Origin: Minisyncoccota bacterium
Lineage (GTDB): Bacteria; Patescibacteriota; Minisyncoccia; Phycocordibacterales; UBA9973
Direction of reading: 5' to 3'
Assembly: GCA_035353995.1 (NCBI GenBank)
Contig: DAOQAL010000001.1
Coordinates: forward strand, 145,464 to 209,463
DNA length: 64,000 bases
Shown: one piece after another, positions 17,369 through 27,223 of the stretch
How the letters are laid out: every line of letters starts with the position of its first letter
Position numbering within the stretch: position 1 is the first letter of the stretch
Notes under the pieces: generated by a model
Database searches by the model: none
Told to the model about the DNA's origin: nothing
The model's input: only the letters and a program-made list of their open reading frames with translations
Position numbers and translations under genes: made by a program

Positions 17369-18304
17369 TTGTCCGATTTGGTAATCACTAAACTAAAAAA
17401 TACTACAGATATGAAAACAAAAGTTTTTAAATTCGGTGGAGCTTCTAATAAAAAGGAGGTTCTTCAGGACCCAATTTTTGTTAAGATGCTCCAGAAAGAA
17501 GCAAGCAATAACACATTATTTACTGTATCGGCATTAGAAGGTGTAACTAGGTTGCTTCGTCTTATTTTTGATTCGAAAATAGAAAGATTGAATAAAGAGT
17601 TCAAAGATCTGATTATTCATCTTTCCGTTAACGAATTCGATCGTATCCACAAGGACCTCATCGATTCTATGTTTTCTGGAGTTGAAAAACATAAGGTAAA
17701 CATTAAATTTGAAGAGGTTAAAGATTCACTCATATCAGACCTTAATGGTTACAAAAAGGATGATAGCGAAGAACAATTTTATGCCAGCTTGGTGAAGCAC
17801 GGAGAACTAGCTAGTTCTTCAATTTTTAACAGCTATCTGTGCTCAATCGGAATAGAAAGTGAGCTTCTGGATGCTCGAGACTTCTTGACGACGGATAGTA
17901 ATTTTAAGGAGGCAAAGATTCTGGAGGTTAACCCAGCTCTCAAGAAAATTTTCCCGAGGAAAACTGGGGTAAGGGTTATTCAAGGTTTTATCGCTAGAGA
18001 TTCTCAAGGCCATGACACTGTGCTGGGTTTTGATGGAAGCGACTTGTCTGCTTCTTACTTTGCTGTAGAGCTTGGTGCCTTGCTTACTTATTGGAAAAAC
18101 GTCGATGGGTTTTATCAAAAAGATCCTTCGCTTTTTCCAAGCCAGAAAGATGTTCGTCGCAGGATGTCAATTTCCGAGTACGAGGAATTACCGACACACC
18201 CTATCAGATTGGATTCAGTGAAACATGCGGTGGAAAATGGTATAGTGGTTCACATGAGATCCTTTCTGCACCCAAAGGGGGTGGATGCAAGAATTTATGC
18301 GTAG
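17369..18304 (+). CDS. Aspartokinase-like amino-acid kinase, catalytic domain only (no ACT domains); alt. start 17411
   Basis: N-terminal KFGGAS and SALEGVTRLL; C-terminal GFDGSDLSASYFAVELGA...WKNVDGFYQKDPSLFP...LSISEYEEL matches the aspartokinase catalytic core. Codon usage (ctc, gac, ctg) and GC visibly higher than flanking genes. Confidence 0.55.
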   Translation: MSDLVITKLKNTTDMKTKVFKFGGASNKKEVLQDPIFVKMLQKEASNNTLFTVSALEGVTRLLRLIFDSKIERLNKEFKDLIIHLSVNEFDRIHKDLIDSMFSGVEKHKVNIKFEEVKDSLISDLNGYKKDDSEEQFYASLVKHGELASSSIFNSYLCSIGIESELLDARDFLTTDSNFKEAKILEVNPALKKIFPRKTGVRVIQGFIARDSQGHDTVLGFDGSDLSASYFAVELGALLTYWKNVDGFYQKDPSLFPSQKDVRRRMSISEYEELPTHPIRLDSVKHAVENGIVVHMRSFLHPKGVDARIYA

Positions 18305-18329
18305 TATAAAACACCTTAATTGGTATTCA

Positions 18330-18372
18330 CCCTGGACGGTTTTCGCCGACCAGGGTTTTTTATTTTTTCAAC
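18330..18372 (+). terminator. Intrinsic terminator after aspartokinase-like gene
   Basis: 10-bp stem CCCTGGACGG/CCGACCAGGG (one mismatch) followed by T6ATTTTTT. Confidence 0.6.
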
Positions 18373-18383
18373 TGAAGTTGTAT

Positions 18384-18412
18384 TTGACATTAATTTTTTA
18401 ATTTGCTACTAT
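18384..18412 (+). promoter_or_regulatory. Candidate promoter for tuf (TTGACA-17-TACTAT)
   Basis: Consensus -35; followed by hairpin AACTGC-actttg-GCAGTT plus T4 at 18419..18439. Confidence 0.4.
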
Positions 18413-18532
18413 CATAGCAACTGCACTTTGGCAGTTTTTATATTGCATTTTTATTATTAATTAATTTTTATTAGTAGCTAGGCCTTAGCAACAGTTCTCG
18501 TATGTTAAGTTTTAGTTATTAACTATAAATAT

Positions 18533-19726
18533 ATGGCAGAAGAATTTAAAAGAGACAAGCCGCACGTAAATGTCGGTACTATCGGTCACGTTGACCATGG
18601 TAAAACAACATTAACCGCAGCTATTTTACATGTTTTAAATATGGGAGGTAACGAGGTCCGCCTAAGAGGAGTTGACCAAATTGATAATGCTCCTGAAGAA
18701 AAAGCTCGTGGAATCACTATTAATATTTCCCACAATGAATATTCTACTGCAACACGTCACTATGCACACATTGATGCCCCAGGACACGCTGACTATATTA
18801 AAAATATGATCACCGGTGCTGCTCAAATGGACGGTGCTATTTTGGTTGTTGCTGCTACTGATGGTGCTATGCCACAAACTCGTGAACACGTTTTGCTTGC
18901 AAAACAAGTTGGAGTACCAAGGATTATCGTATTTTTGAATAAATGCGATATGGTTGATGATAAAGACATGATTGATATGGTTGAAGAAGAAATCCGTGAA
19001 CTTCTAACAAAACAAGGTTTTGATGGTGCAAATGCTCCAGTAATTAGAGGCTCAGCTTTGAAAGGACTTGAAGCATCATCTCTTGATGATGAATGGGCAA
19101 AGAAGATAATTGAATTAACAAATGCACTTGATACTTATATTCCAGTTCCAGAAAGAGATACTTCAAAACCATTTCTTATGCCTGTTGAAGATATTTTCTC
19201 AATTGAAGGACGTGGAACAGTTGTAACTGGTAAAATCGAAAGAGGAGTTATAAAAGTTGGAGAAGAAGTTGAAATTGTTGGAATTAAACCTACACAGAAA
19301 TCAACAGTTACTGGTATTGAAATGTTCAACAAGAATCTTCAAGAGGGTATGGCAGGAGACAATGCTGGAGTATTGCTACGTGGTTTGAAAAAAGAAGATA
19401 TTACACGTGGACAAGTATTAGCAAAACCAGGAACAGTTACTCCACATGATAACTTTACTTGCGAAATTTATGTTCTTAAAAAAGAAGAAGGTGGAAGACA
19501 CACTCCTTTCTTTAAAGGATATAAACCCCAATTTTATATTAGAACAACTGACGTTACTGGAGATGTAACATTGGCTGAAGGTGTAGAAATGGTTATGCCT
19601 GGAGATACAGCAAAACTTACAGTTAAGCTTGTAACCCCAGTAGCACTTGAGGAATCAATGAAATTTGCAATTCGTGAAGGTGGTAAAACAGTTGGTGCAG
19701 GAGTCGTTACAAAAATCATTGCTTAA
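18533..19726 (+). CDS. tuf: Elongation factor Tu
   Basis: [29 protein letters not shown]; 397 aa. Confidence 0.95.
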   Translation: MAEEFKRDKPHVNVGTIGHVDHGKTTLTAAILHVLNMGGNEVRLRGVDQIDNAPEEKARGITINISHNEYSTATRHYAHIDAPGHADYIKNMITGAAQMDGAILVVAATDGAMPQTREHVLLAKQVGVPRIIVFLNKCDMVDDKDMIDMVEEEIRELLTKQGFDGANAPVIRGSALKGLEASSLDDEWAKKIIELTNALDTYIPVPERDTSKPFLMPVEDIFSIEGRGTVVTGKIERGVIKVGEEVEIVGIKPTQKSTVTGIEMFNKNLQEGMAGDNAGVLLRGLKKEDITRGQVLAKPGTVTPHDNFTCEIYVLKKEEGGRHTPFFKGYKPQFYIRTTDVTGDVTLAEGVEMVMPGDTAKLTVKLVTPVALEESMKFAIREGGKTVGAGVVTKIIA

Positions 19727-19750
19727 TACATAAAAGATTAGTCATTAGTC

Positions 19751-20164
19751 ATGACAACAACAGAAATAGAAACAAAATCAAAAATAAAAAAAGCAAAAGC
19801 CGTTTCAAAACCAAAAGCAACAAAGGTTTCGAAAGCAAAGATGAAAGGTGAAGAAGGAAAAGTAATTCTTCGCATAAGAGTCAGAGCTTATGAAAACAAA
19901 ATCTTAGATGCTTCTGCAAAGCAGATTATGGATACAGCAATGCGCTACGATGCTACCATTGTTGGCCCTATTCCTTTACCTACAGAAATAAAAAAGTATA
20001 CAGTTAACCGTGCTTCCTTTATTTACAAAAATACGCGAGAACAATTTGAAATAAGGGTTCATAAAAGACTGATTGATATTATTAATCCTAGCGCCAAAAC
20101 GATTGAAGCGCTGACAAATCTTTCTCTTCCTTCCGGGGTTGATATAGATGTAAAAATGTTGTAA
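19751..20164 (+). CDS. rpsJ: 30S ribosomal protein S10 with ~35-aa Lys/Ala-rich N-terminal extension
   Basis: S10 core (ILRIRVRAYENKILDASAKQI...) preceded by KSKIKKAKAVSKPKATKVSKAK. Confidence 0.85.
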   Translation: MTTTEIETKSKIKKAKAVSKPKATKVSKAKMKGEEGKVILRIRVRAYENKILDASAKQIMDTAMRYDATIVGPIPLPTEIKKYTVNRASFIYKNTREQFEIRVHKRLIDIINPSAKTIEALTNLSLPSGVDIDVKML

Positions 20165-20180
20165 GAGAACCTAAATAGTT

Positions 20181-20795
20181 ATGAAATTTATTCTTGGAAA
20201 AAAAGAGAATATGACAGAATACTTTTCCCCAGAAGGAGAGGTTGTTCCTGTTACAATTATTTCTGCAGGACCTATAACTGTAACTAGAGTTTTTGAAAAA
20301 TCGAAAGATGGTTACAATTCTGTTCAAGTTGGTTTTGAAGCACAAAAAAAACAAAGAATTAATCGTGCAAATATTGGACAAATGAAAGGAGGTTTTTATA
20401 AAACACTCAAGGAGTTTAGATTAAAACCAATAGATGCAACAGAAGTAAAAGAGGGAGATGTTATAGATGTTTCTATCTTTAATCCTGGAGACAAACTTCA
20501 AGTTTCCAGCATATCAAAAGGTAAAGGATTCCAAGGAGTTGTAAAACGCCATGGTTTCGGAGGAGGTCCAAGGTCTCATGGTCAAAAACATTCAGAAAGA
20601 GAGCCAGGTTCAATAGGAGGAGGTTTACGAACGCACGTTCCAAAAGGAATGAGAATGGCTGGACGTATGGGATCTGATAAAATAACACAAAAGAATTTAA
20701 AAGTTATTTTTGTTGATAAGGAAAATAATACAATTTTAGTAAAGGGTGCCATTTCAGGAAAGAGAGGTACTTTAGTTGAAATAGTTTCAAGATAA
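20181..20795 (+). CDS. rplC: 50S ribosomal protein L3
   Basis: MKFILGKKENMTEYF...; operon position. Confidence 0.9.
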   Translation: MKFILGKKENMTEYFSPEGEVVPVTIISAGPITVTRVFEKSKDGYNSVQVGFEAQKKQRINRANIGQMKGGFYKTLKEFRLKPIDATEVKEGDVIDVSIFNPGDKLQVSSISKGKGFQGVVKRHGFGGGPRSHGQKHSEREPGSIGGGLRTHVPKGMRMAGRMGSDKITQKNLKVIFVDKENNTILVKGAISGKRGTLVEIVSR

Positions 20796-20799
20796 AAAT

Positions 20800-21459
20800 A
20801 TGGAATCAATAATATACAACCAAAAAGGAAAAGAAGCAGGAAAGATAAAACTTCCAGAAAAAGTTTTTGCTGCAAAATGGCGTTCTGATTTAGTTCATCA
20901 GGTTGTAGAAGGTATGCGTTCAAACAAGCGTGCTGGTACAGCAGATACTAAAGGACGTGGAGAGGTAAGTGGAGGAGGAAAAAAACCATGGAAACAAAAA
21001 GGAACAGGACGAGCAAGACATGGTTCTACTAGATCACCAATTTGGGTTGGTGGAGGTGTTACACATGGTCCTCTTGCAGAAAAGAATTACAAGAGAAAAA
21101 TTTCAAAAACTATGAGAGCGCAAGCATTATTTTCTGTGCTTTCAAAAAAAATGAAAGAAGACGAAATAGTTTTTGTTGATTCTTTGGAAATGTCTGGAAT
21201 GAAAACAAAAGATGCAGAAGATGTAATGAAAAATTTAGCAAAAGCATCAGGAAAAAGACCATTGGCAAATGCAAAAAATGCAAAAGTTTTAGTTGCATTG
21301 TCAGGTAGAAATGAAAAAACAGAAAAAAGTTTCAGAAATCTTTCTCAGCTTGAAATAGTTTTTGTAAAAAATTTAAATCCAGTTGATGTTTTGAATTACA
21401 AATATCTATTGATAGAAAAACCTGAAGAAAGTGTAAAGTTTTTAGAAAATAGAGGATAA
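20800..21459 (+). CDS. rplD: 50S ribosomal protein L4
   Basis: Operon position after rplC; L4 length/motifs. Confidence 0.85.
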   Translation: MESIIYNQKGKEAGKIKLPEKVFAAKWRSDLVHQVVEGMRSNKRAGTADTKGRGEVSGGGKKPWKQKGTGRARHGSTRSPIWVGGGVTHGPLAEKNYKRKISKTMRAQALFSVLSKKMKEDEIVFVDSLEMSGMKTKDAEDVMKNLAKASGKRPLANAKNAKVLVALSGRNEKTEKSFRNLSQLEIVFVKNLNPVDVLNYKYLLIEKPEESVKFLENRG

Positions 21460-21471
21460 TTTTAAATAAAA

Positions 21472-21750
21472 ATGACAAACGCAGTAAAAATAATTAAAAA
21501 TCCAAGAATTACAGAAAAAGCTTCTTTTAATGCAGAACATAATGCATATACTTTTGATGTATCTAAAGATGCAAATAAGACCGAAATCAAAAAAGCAATT
21601 TTTTCTTTGTATAAAGTGCATCCTACAAGAGTAAATATTTTAAAAATACAAGAAAAAAGAGTTACATCAAGAGGAATAAAAGGAGTAAAAAGTGGAGGTA
21701 AAAAAGCAGTCGTATATTTAAAAGAAGGAGACAAAATAGAATTTATCTAA
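21472..21750 (+). CDS. rplW: 50S ribosomal protein L23
   Basis: Operon position; 92 aa. Confidence 0.85.
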   Translation: MTNAVKIIKNPRITEKASFNAEHNAYTFDVSKDANKTEIKKAIFSLYKVHPTRVNILKIQEKRVTSRGIKGVKSGGKKAVVYLKEGDKIEFI

Positions 21751-21751
21751 T

Positions 21752-22600
21752 ATGAAAACCTATAAACCTACAACGAAATCAAGGAGACAGATGACCAATG
21801 TGACTTATCGTGGAGTTTTGACAAAAACAGAACCAACTAAGTCATTAACTCATGGTTTCAGACGTTCTGTTGGGCGCAATAGTCAAGGAAGAGTAACTAC
21901 TCGTCACAAGGGCGCAGGACATAAGCGTTTGTATCGTGAAGTTGATTTTCTTTATAATAAAAAAGATATTCCTGCAATTATAAAAAGTGTTGAGTATGAT
22001 CCAAATCGTTCAGCATTTATTGGTCTTGCTGTATATAAAGATGGAGAAAAAAGATATGTAGTTTTGCCAAAATCAATAAAACCAGGAGATTCTTTTATAG
22101 TTTCTGAAAAGGCAGAATTAACACCTGCAAATAGGCTACCTTTAAAAAATATTCCTGTTGGAACATTCGTTTACAATATTGAATTAAAACCAAGAGGAGG
22201 TTCCAAAATCGGACGATCTGCAGGTATATTTGCACAAGTTGTTGCAAATGCTGATGGTTATACAAACTTAAAAATGCCTTCATCAGAAATAAGAAAAATA
22301 TCAGAAGAATGTTGGGCATGCGTTGGAACAGTTTCGAATGAAGAACATCACTTAGAAAATTATGGAAAAGCAGGACGATCTAGATGGAAAGGAATTCGTC
22401 CTACTGTTAGAGGTACTGCAATGAATCCAGTTGATCATCCATATGGAGGAGGTGAAGGAAGACAAGGCCGTGGAACTAAGCGTCCAAAGACGATGTGGGG
22501 TAAGGTTACAGGTGGAAGAAAAACTAGACACCCAAAGAAATATTCTAATATTTTCATTGTAAGTCGCCGAAAAACAGGAAAAGGAAGAAAATCTCAATAA
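21752..22600 (+). CDS. rplB: 50S ribosomal protein L2
   Basis: L2 C-terminal GTAMNPVDHPYGGGEGR. Confidence 0.9.
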   Translation: MKTYKPTTKSRRQMTNVTYRGVLTKTEPTKSLTHGFRRSVGRNSQGRVTTRHKGAGHKRLYREVDFLYNKKDIPAIIKSVEYDPNRSAFIGLAVYKDGEKRYVVLPKSIKPGDSFIVSEKAELTPANRLPLKNIPVGTFVYNIELKPRGGSKIGRSAGIFAQVVANADGYTNLKMPSSEIRKISEECWACVGTVSNEEHHLENYGKAGRSRWKGIRPTVRGTAMNPVDHPYGGGEGRQGRGTKRPKTMWGKVTGGRKTRHPKKYSNIFIVSRRKTGKGRKSQ

Positions 22601-22612
22601 AATAAAAAATAA

Positions 22613-22641
22613 AAAAACACCAATAAGATTGGTGTTTTTTT
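22613..22641 (+). terminator. Intrinsic terminator after rplB
   Basis: AACACCA-ataagat-TGGTGTT followed by T6. Confidence 0.6.
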
Positions 22642-22703
22642 GACAATTTTTGTTATAAGGAGTAATCTAACAAAAAAAGTTCTTAACCAAAAAAATCAAC
22701 GAC

Positions 22704-23105
22704 ATGAAAACAGAGAATATAGTACTAAATTCTTTTTATTTTTTTGAACTCTATGTGTTTGATAAAAGCAGTGTTATGGGTTTAGCCTATAAACCAGACA
22801 TTGATATCAAAAAATTAAAAGAAGACGGTGTTTTTGATGCTGTTGCCTTTGGTGTTGTTAATCAAATAAAAACACAAGAAGGTTATATAACCAATGGCAA
22901 AATCCGTAATATGTTTAATAAGGTTTGGAATATCGTAGATTTTAAATTAAGTTTTAACAAACTTGAGTTCACGTGTGAATCAGAAAAAGAACTTTCACTG
23001 GATTTTGTTTTTCCTCTCAACAAAAATGGTTTCTTTAGAGGAACATGTTGTGCGAAAGGAGGTAAGAACTTAGAGTGCATATCCATAGTTAGAGATGTTC
23101 CTTAG
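22704..23105 (+). CDS. Hypothetical protein inserted between rplB and rpsS (133 aa, Cys-rich C-terminus)
   Basis: ORF only; no recognised domain. Confidence 0.3.
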   Translation: MKTENIVLNSFYFFELYVFDKSSVMGLAYKPDIDIKKLKEDGVFDAVAFGVVNQIKTQEGYITNGKIRNMFNKVWNIVDFKLSFNKLEFTCESEKELSLDFVFPLNKNGFFRGTCCAKGGKNLECISIVRDVP

Positions 23106-23161
23106 GAATTCTTTGATGCCATGTTTGTGGAATAGCACGTATTTTCAGTGCTTTGTTTTGT

Positions 23162-23195
23162 AAAAAAGGGTGGTATGTAGTGCCGCCTTTTTTAT
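23162..23195 (+). terminator. Intrinsic terminator after inserted hypothetical gene
   Basis: AAAAAAGGGTGG-tatgtagtg-CCGCCTTTTTT (one G-U pair). Confidence 0.45.
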
Positions 23196-23266
23196 TTGAT
23201 AAATTAGTGAAATTTTATCAATTTTAGAATAAATATTATTAATATGGTTAGAATTAATTACTAAAT

Positions 23267-23294
23267 TTGACTTTATTTTGTAATTTGCTATTAT
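23267..23294 (+). promoter_or_regulatory. Candidate promoter for rpsS block (TTGACT-16-TATTAT)
   Basis: Followed by hairpin AGCTCG-tta-CGGGCT plus T5 (23302..23320) then rpsS ATG at 23334. Confidence 0.35.
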
Positions 23295-23333
23295 GAAAGT
23301 CAGCTCGTTACGGGCTTTTTATTTAGTTAAAAT

Positions 23334-23681
23334 ATGACCAGATCAATCAAAAAAGGAATAAATGTAGATGAGAAACTGCTAAAGAAAATAGCAGGCAAAA
23401 ATCCGTTACAAACTCCAGTTATAAAGACATGGAAAAGAGCATGCCAAATTGCTCCAGAAATGGTTGGTTTCACTTTTGGAGTTCATAATGGAAAACAACA
23501 TGTTGAAGTGTTAGTAACAGAAGATATGGTTGGTCATAGACTTGGTGAATTTTCACCAACAAGAAAGTTTATTAAGCATGGAGGTAAAATGCAGAAAGAA
23601 CTTGAGCAAAAGAAGAAAGAAGCTGAAATGGCTCAAGCAAAAGCCGCTTCTTCTGCAGCCACCGATGCAAAGAAAAAATAA
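23334..23681 (+). CDS. rpsS: 30S ribosomal protein S19 with K/E/A-rich C-terminal tail
   Basis: [35 protein letters not shown]. Confidence 0.9.
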   Translation: MTRSIKKGINVDEKLLKKIAGKNPLQTPVIKTWKRACQIAPEMVGFTFGVHNGKQHVEVLVTEDMVGHRLGEFSPTRKFIKHGGKMQKELEQKKKEAEMAQAKAASSAATDAKKK

Positions 23682-23715
23682 TTTGATAAATTCACTATAA
23701 ATAATTTTTAAAACA

Positions 23716-24186
23716 ATGAAGGCATTTTTAAAAAACTACAGACAGTCTCCAAGAAAGGTTCGCTTAGTTGCAGATCTTGTAAGAGGGAAAAAAGTAGATG
23801 AAGCAGTTGCTCAGCTTGATTTTTTGCCTAAAAGAGCTGGTTTTCCAATCAGAAAACTTTTGCTTTCAGCTATTGCAAATGCAAAAGCAATGGGTATTGA
23901 AAAGGAGAATTTATTTATAAAAGAAATAAGAGTTGATAAAGGTATAGTGATGAAAAGAATGATGCCAGCAGCTATGGGCTCTGGTCATAGAATAAATAAA
24001 CGTACTAGTCATATAGAAATAATTCTTGCTGAAAAAACTATTGTAGCTAAAAAAGAAAAAAAGGAAACAAAAGAAAAAGTTGTAAAAACAGATAAAAAAG
24101 AAGAAAAAGAAGAAAAAGTAAAAACAAAAAAGATTATTAAGAAAAGCAGTCCTGCTTCGTCAAAACTTCACGGAGTAAAAAAATAA
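23716..24186 (+). CDS. rplV: 50S ribosomal protein L22 with K/E-rich C-terminal extension
   Basis: L22 core; operon position. Confidence 0.85.
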   Translation: MKAFLKNYRQSPRKVRLVADLVRGKKVDEAVAQLDFLPKRAGFPIRKLLLSAIANAKAMGIEKENLFIKEIRVDKGIVMKRMMPAAMGSGHRINKRTSHIEIILAEKTIVAKKEKKETKEKVVKTDKKEEKEEKVKTKKIIKKSSPASSKLHGVKK

Positions 24187-24187
24187 T

Positions 24188-24874
24188 ATGTCAAAAATAG
24201 TTCACCCATATGCACATAGATTGATAATTTTAAGAGATTGGAAATCTCGCTGGTTTGCTGATCCTAAAAAATATTGTACATATTTAAAAGGCGATGTGCT
24301 TTTGCGTGAGTTTTTAGAAAAGAAATTGCGAGGTATGTATGTTTCATCTATAGAAATAGAGAGAAGTGAAAAAATGACACGTTTTATTATAAAAACTTCT
24401 CGCCCCGGTTTGATTATAGGTAGGAATGGTGAAGGAGCAACAAAATTGAAAGAAGAAATCTTGAAAAAGATGGAAAAATTAAAGCTTAAGAAGTCAGAAG
24501 ACTTCAAGCTTGAAATAGTTGAAATAACAAATCCAGAAGCAGATGCTGCAATTGTTGCTTATATGATTGCCGAAGGATTAGAAAAAAGAATGCCTTACAG
24601 AAGAGTTATAAAACAGATTCTTGAAAAAGTTATGTCTGCTCGTGGTGTAGAAGGAGCAAGAATTCTTTTGTCAGGACGTCTTGGTGGTGCTGAAATTGCT
24701 CGTTCTGAAGAATTAAAACGAGGTTCTATACCATTACAAACATTTCGTGCAGATATTGATTTTAAAAGAGAAAGAGCAGTTTTGCCATATGGAACTATCG
24801 GAGTAAAAGTTTGGATTTATCGTGGAAAAATTTTTGCCGATAAAAATAGAAATAAAGAAGTAAATAATCAATAA
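24188..24874 (+). CDS. rpsC: 30S ribosomal protein S3
   Basis: KH domain and S3 C-terminal motifs. Confidence 0.9.
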   Translation: MSKIVHPYAHRLIILRDWKSRWFADPKKYCTYLKGDVLLREFLEKKLRGMYVSSIEIERSEKMTRFIIKTSRPGLIIGRNGEGATKLKEEILKKMEKLKLKKSEDFKLEIVEITNPEADAAIVAYMIAEGLEKRMPYRRVIKQILEKVMSARGVEGARILLSGRLGGAEIARSEELKRGSIPLQTFRADIDFKRERAVLPYGTIGVKVWIYRGKIFADKNRNKEVNNQ

Positions 24875-24879
24875 AAGTT

Positions 24880-25305
24880 ATGTTAATCCCTAAAAAAGTA
24901 AAATTTAGAAAATGGCAAAGTGATAGGATAAATCCTAAAGCAAGAACTCCGGAAACCCGTGGTATAAAACTTGCATTTGGATCTTATGGCCTTAAAGCAA
25001 CCACACAAGCAAGAGTAAAATCAAATCAGATTGAATCTGCCAGAAAAGTTATATCAAGAACTCTTACAAAAGCAGGAAAATATTGGATTCGTATTTTTCC
25101 TGACAGACCATTTACTGCAAAAGCTGCTGAAGTTGGAATGGGTAAGGGAAAAGGAGATCCAAAAGGATATTGTTTTGAAGTTTTTCCAGGTCGTATCATT
25201 TTTGAAGTAGATGGAGTTGATGAAGTTACTGCACGTGAAGCATTAAGAAAAGCAGGAACTAAACTTCCAGTTAAAACAAAAGTTATTTCAAGAATTCATA
25301 ATTAG
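24880..25305 (+). CDS. rplP: 50S ribosomal protein L16
   Basis: MLIPKKVKFRK... Confidence 0.9.
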   Translation: MLIPKKVKFRKWQSDRINPKARTPETRGIKLAFGSYGLKATTQARVKSNQIESARKVISRTLTKAGKYWIRIFPDRPFTAKAAEVGMGKGKGDPKGYCFEVFPGRIIFEVDGVDEVTAREALRKAGTKLPVKTKVISRIHN

Positions 25306-25319
25306 CAATTTTAAACAAA

Positions 25320-25520
25320 ATGGCAAAGAAAAAAGAAAATCCAAAAGGAATGAGTAAAGACGAGTTAGAAGTTAAACTTGCTGAATTGCGAGAAAGCTTG
25401 AGAATTTTACATTTTAAAGTTGAAGGTTCTAAGTCAAAAAATGTGAAAGAAGCTCAAAGTATAAAAAGACAAATTGCTAGAGTTTTGACAGAGATAAACG
25501 CAGATAAAAAAAGTAAATAA
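25320..25520 (+). CDS. rpmC: 50S ribosomal protein L29
   Basis: 66 aa; [13 protein letters not shown]. Confidence 0.8.
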   Translation: MAKKKENPKGMSKDELEVKLAELRESLRILHFKVEGSKSKNVKEAQSIKRQIARVLTEINADKKSK

Positions 25521-25528
25521 TATTTATT

Positions 25529-25810
25529 ATGAAAATAAAAGATAAAAAAGAAAATACAGAAAATAAAAATAATACCCTTAAGGGAGTAGTTGTTTCTGAT
25601 AAAATGGATAAAACTGTAGTTGTGTCTGTATCTCGTTTTGTAAAACATCCTAAGTATGGTAAATATTACAAAATCAGTAAGAAATATAAAGCTCACGACG
25701 AAGAAAATAAATATAAGACAGGAGATAATGTAGAAATAATAGAAACAAGGCCGATTTCAAAGGATAAAAAGTTTAAAGTGCTTCACATTGTTGGGAAGCA
25801 AGTAAAATAA
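25529..25810 (+). CDS. rpsQ: 30S ribosomal protein S17
   Basis: [18 protein letters not shown]... Confidence 0.85.
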   Translation: MKIKDKKENTENKNNTLKGVVVSDKMDKTVVVSVSRFVKHPKYGKYYKISKKYKAHDEENKYKTGDNVEIIETRPISKDKKFKVLHIVGKQVK

Positions 25811-25811
25811 T

Positions 25812-26183
25812 ATGATTCAACCAGAAACATTAGTAAAAATAACAGACAATGCTGGAGGTACTCTTGGAAAAGTATTTAAGGTACTTGGAAGTTCCAAAAA
25901 GCGATATGCAACACTTGGCGAATTGGTAATAATTTCAGTTAAGGTTGCTCAACCTAGAAAAGGTGTTAAGAAAAAGGATGTTCATCAAGCTGTTGTTGTA
26001 AGAACAAGAAATGCTTATCGCAGAAAGGATGGATCTTATATTCGTTTTGACGATAATGCTGTAGTTATTTTAGAAAAAGGTAAAAAAGATCCAAAAGCTG
26101 GACGTATTTTTGGACCTATACCTAGAGAGTTAGCAGAGAAAGGATTCCAGAAAATAGTATCTCTAGCTCCAGAGGTAATTTAA
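25812..26183 (+). CDS. rplN: 50S ribosomal protein L14
   Basis: MIQPETLVKITDNAG. Confidence 0.9.
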   Translation: MIQPETLVKITDNAGGTLGKVFKVLGSSKKRYATLGELVIISVKVAQPRKGVKKKDVHQAVVVRTRNAYRRKDGSYIRFDDNAVVILEKGKKDPKAGRIFGPIPRELAEKGFQKIVSLAPEVI

Positions 26184-26214
26184 TAAATTATAAATTTTCA
26201 ATTAAGAATTAATT

Positions 26215-26520
26215 ATGAAACTTAGAAAAGGTGACAATGTAATAGTAACTGCAGGAAAAGATAAAGGCAAAAAAGGAAAAATTGTCAAAGCTTTGCCTAG
26301 TTTAAATAAGGTTGTTGTAGAAGGGTTGAATATGACTAAAAGACATCAGCGTCCACGAAAATCAAATGAAAAAGGACAAATTGTAAAGATGTCTATGCCT
26401 ATTCATGTTTCAAATGTTATGATAGTTGATCCAAAAACTGGCAGTGGTTCACGTATAGGTAAAAGAAAAATAGGTGATAAAATGGCTCGAATTTCAAAAA
26501 AAAGTAACCAAGAAATTTAA
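26215..26520 (+). CDS. rplX: 50S ribosomal protein L24
   Basis: KOW motif KGDNVIVTAGKDKGKKGKI. Confidence 0.85.
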   Translation: MKLRKGDNVIVTAGKDKGKKGKIVKALPSLNKVVVEGLNMTKRHQRPRKSNEKGQIVKMSMPIHVSNVMIVDPKTGSGSRIGKRKIGDKMARISKKSNQEI

Positions 26521-26522
26521 TT

Positions 26523-27071
26523 ATGAAACATTTAACTGTAAAAGAAAAAGAATCATTAGCATTTGAAAAAATGAAAAGTTCATTTCATTATAAAAATGCA
26601 ATGGCTGTACCAAAATTAAAAAAGATTGTTATTAATGTAGGTACTGGTACTGCTATAAAAAAAGATAAAAATAGAAATGATTTTGTTGCAGATCGTTTAG
26701 CAAAAATCACAGGACAGAAAAGTGCACCAAGAGGAGCAAAGAAATCTATCTCTTCTTTTAAGGTGAGACAAGGAGATCCAATCGGAATGGTTGTAACATT
26801 GCGTGGTGGAAGAATGTATTCTTTTTTGGAAAAATTATTAAATATTGCATTACCTCGTACAAAGGACTTTCGTGGAATTTCTCGTAGTGCTGTAGATAAT
26901 ATTGGTAATATTACAATTGGTATTAAAGAACATACAATCTTTCCAGAAACTGCAGATGAAGATATAAAAGATGTTTTTGGACTTTCTATAACAATTGTTT
27001 CAACTGCTAAAAATAATAAAGAAGGATTTACTTTTTTTGAACTCCTTGGAGTTCCGTTTAAGAAACAATAA
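26523..27071 (+). CDS. rplE: 50S ribosomal protein L5
   Basis: L5 motifs; operon position. Confidence 0.9.
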   Translation: MKHLTVKEKESLAFEKMKSSFHYKNAMAVPKLKKIVINVGTGTAIKKDKNRNDFVADRLAKITGQKSAPRGAKKSISSFKVRQGDPIGMVVTLRGGRMYSFLEKLLNIALPRTKDFRGISRSAVDNIGNITIGIKEHTIFPETADEDIKDVFGLSITIVSTAKNNKEGFTFFELLGVPFKKQ

Positions 27072-27087
27072 AAAATAAAAATCTTTT

Positions 27088-27116
27088 AAAAAATCCCCTA
27101 TGGGGATTTTTTATTT
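27088..27116 (+). terminator. Intrinsic terminator after rplE
   Basis: AAAATCCCC-tat-GGGGATTTTTT. Confidence 0.7.
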
Positions 27117-27194
27117 GTAAGATTAAAAATTGTTTCAAATAAATAATAAAGAAGATGTTGATACGGCTGAAGAATGTATGTCTAGAAAATATAT

Positions 27195-27223
27195 TTGACT
27201 AATAGTTGAGAATCTGCTAGTAT
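27195..27223 (+). promoter_or_regulatory. Candidate promoter for rpsZ-rpsH-...-secY transcript (TTGACT-17-TAGTAT)
   Basis: Followed by ~110-nt leader containing hairpin CTTATTC-(16 nt)-GAATAAG at about 27264..27296. Confidence 0.35.
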
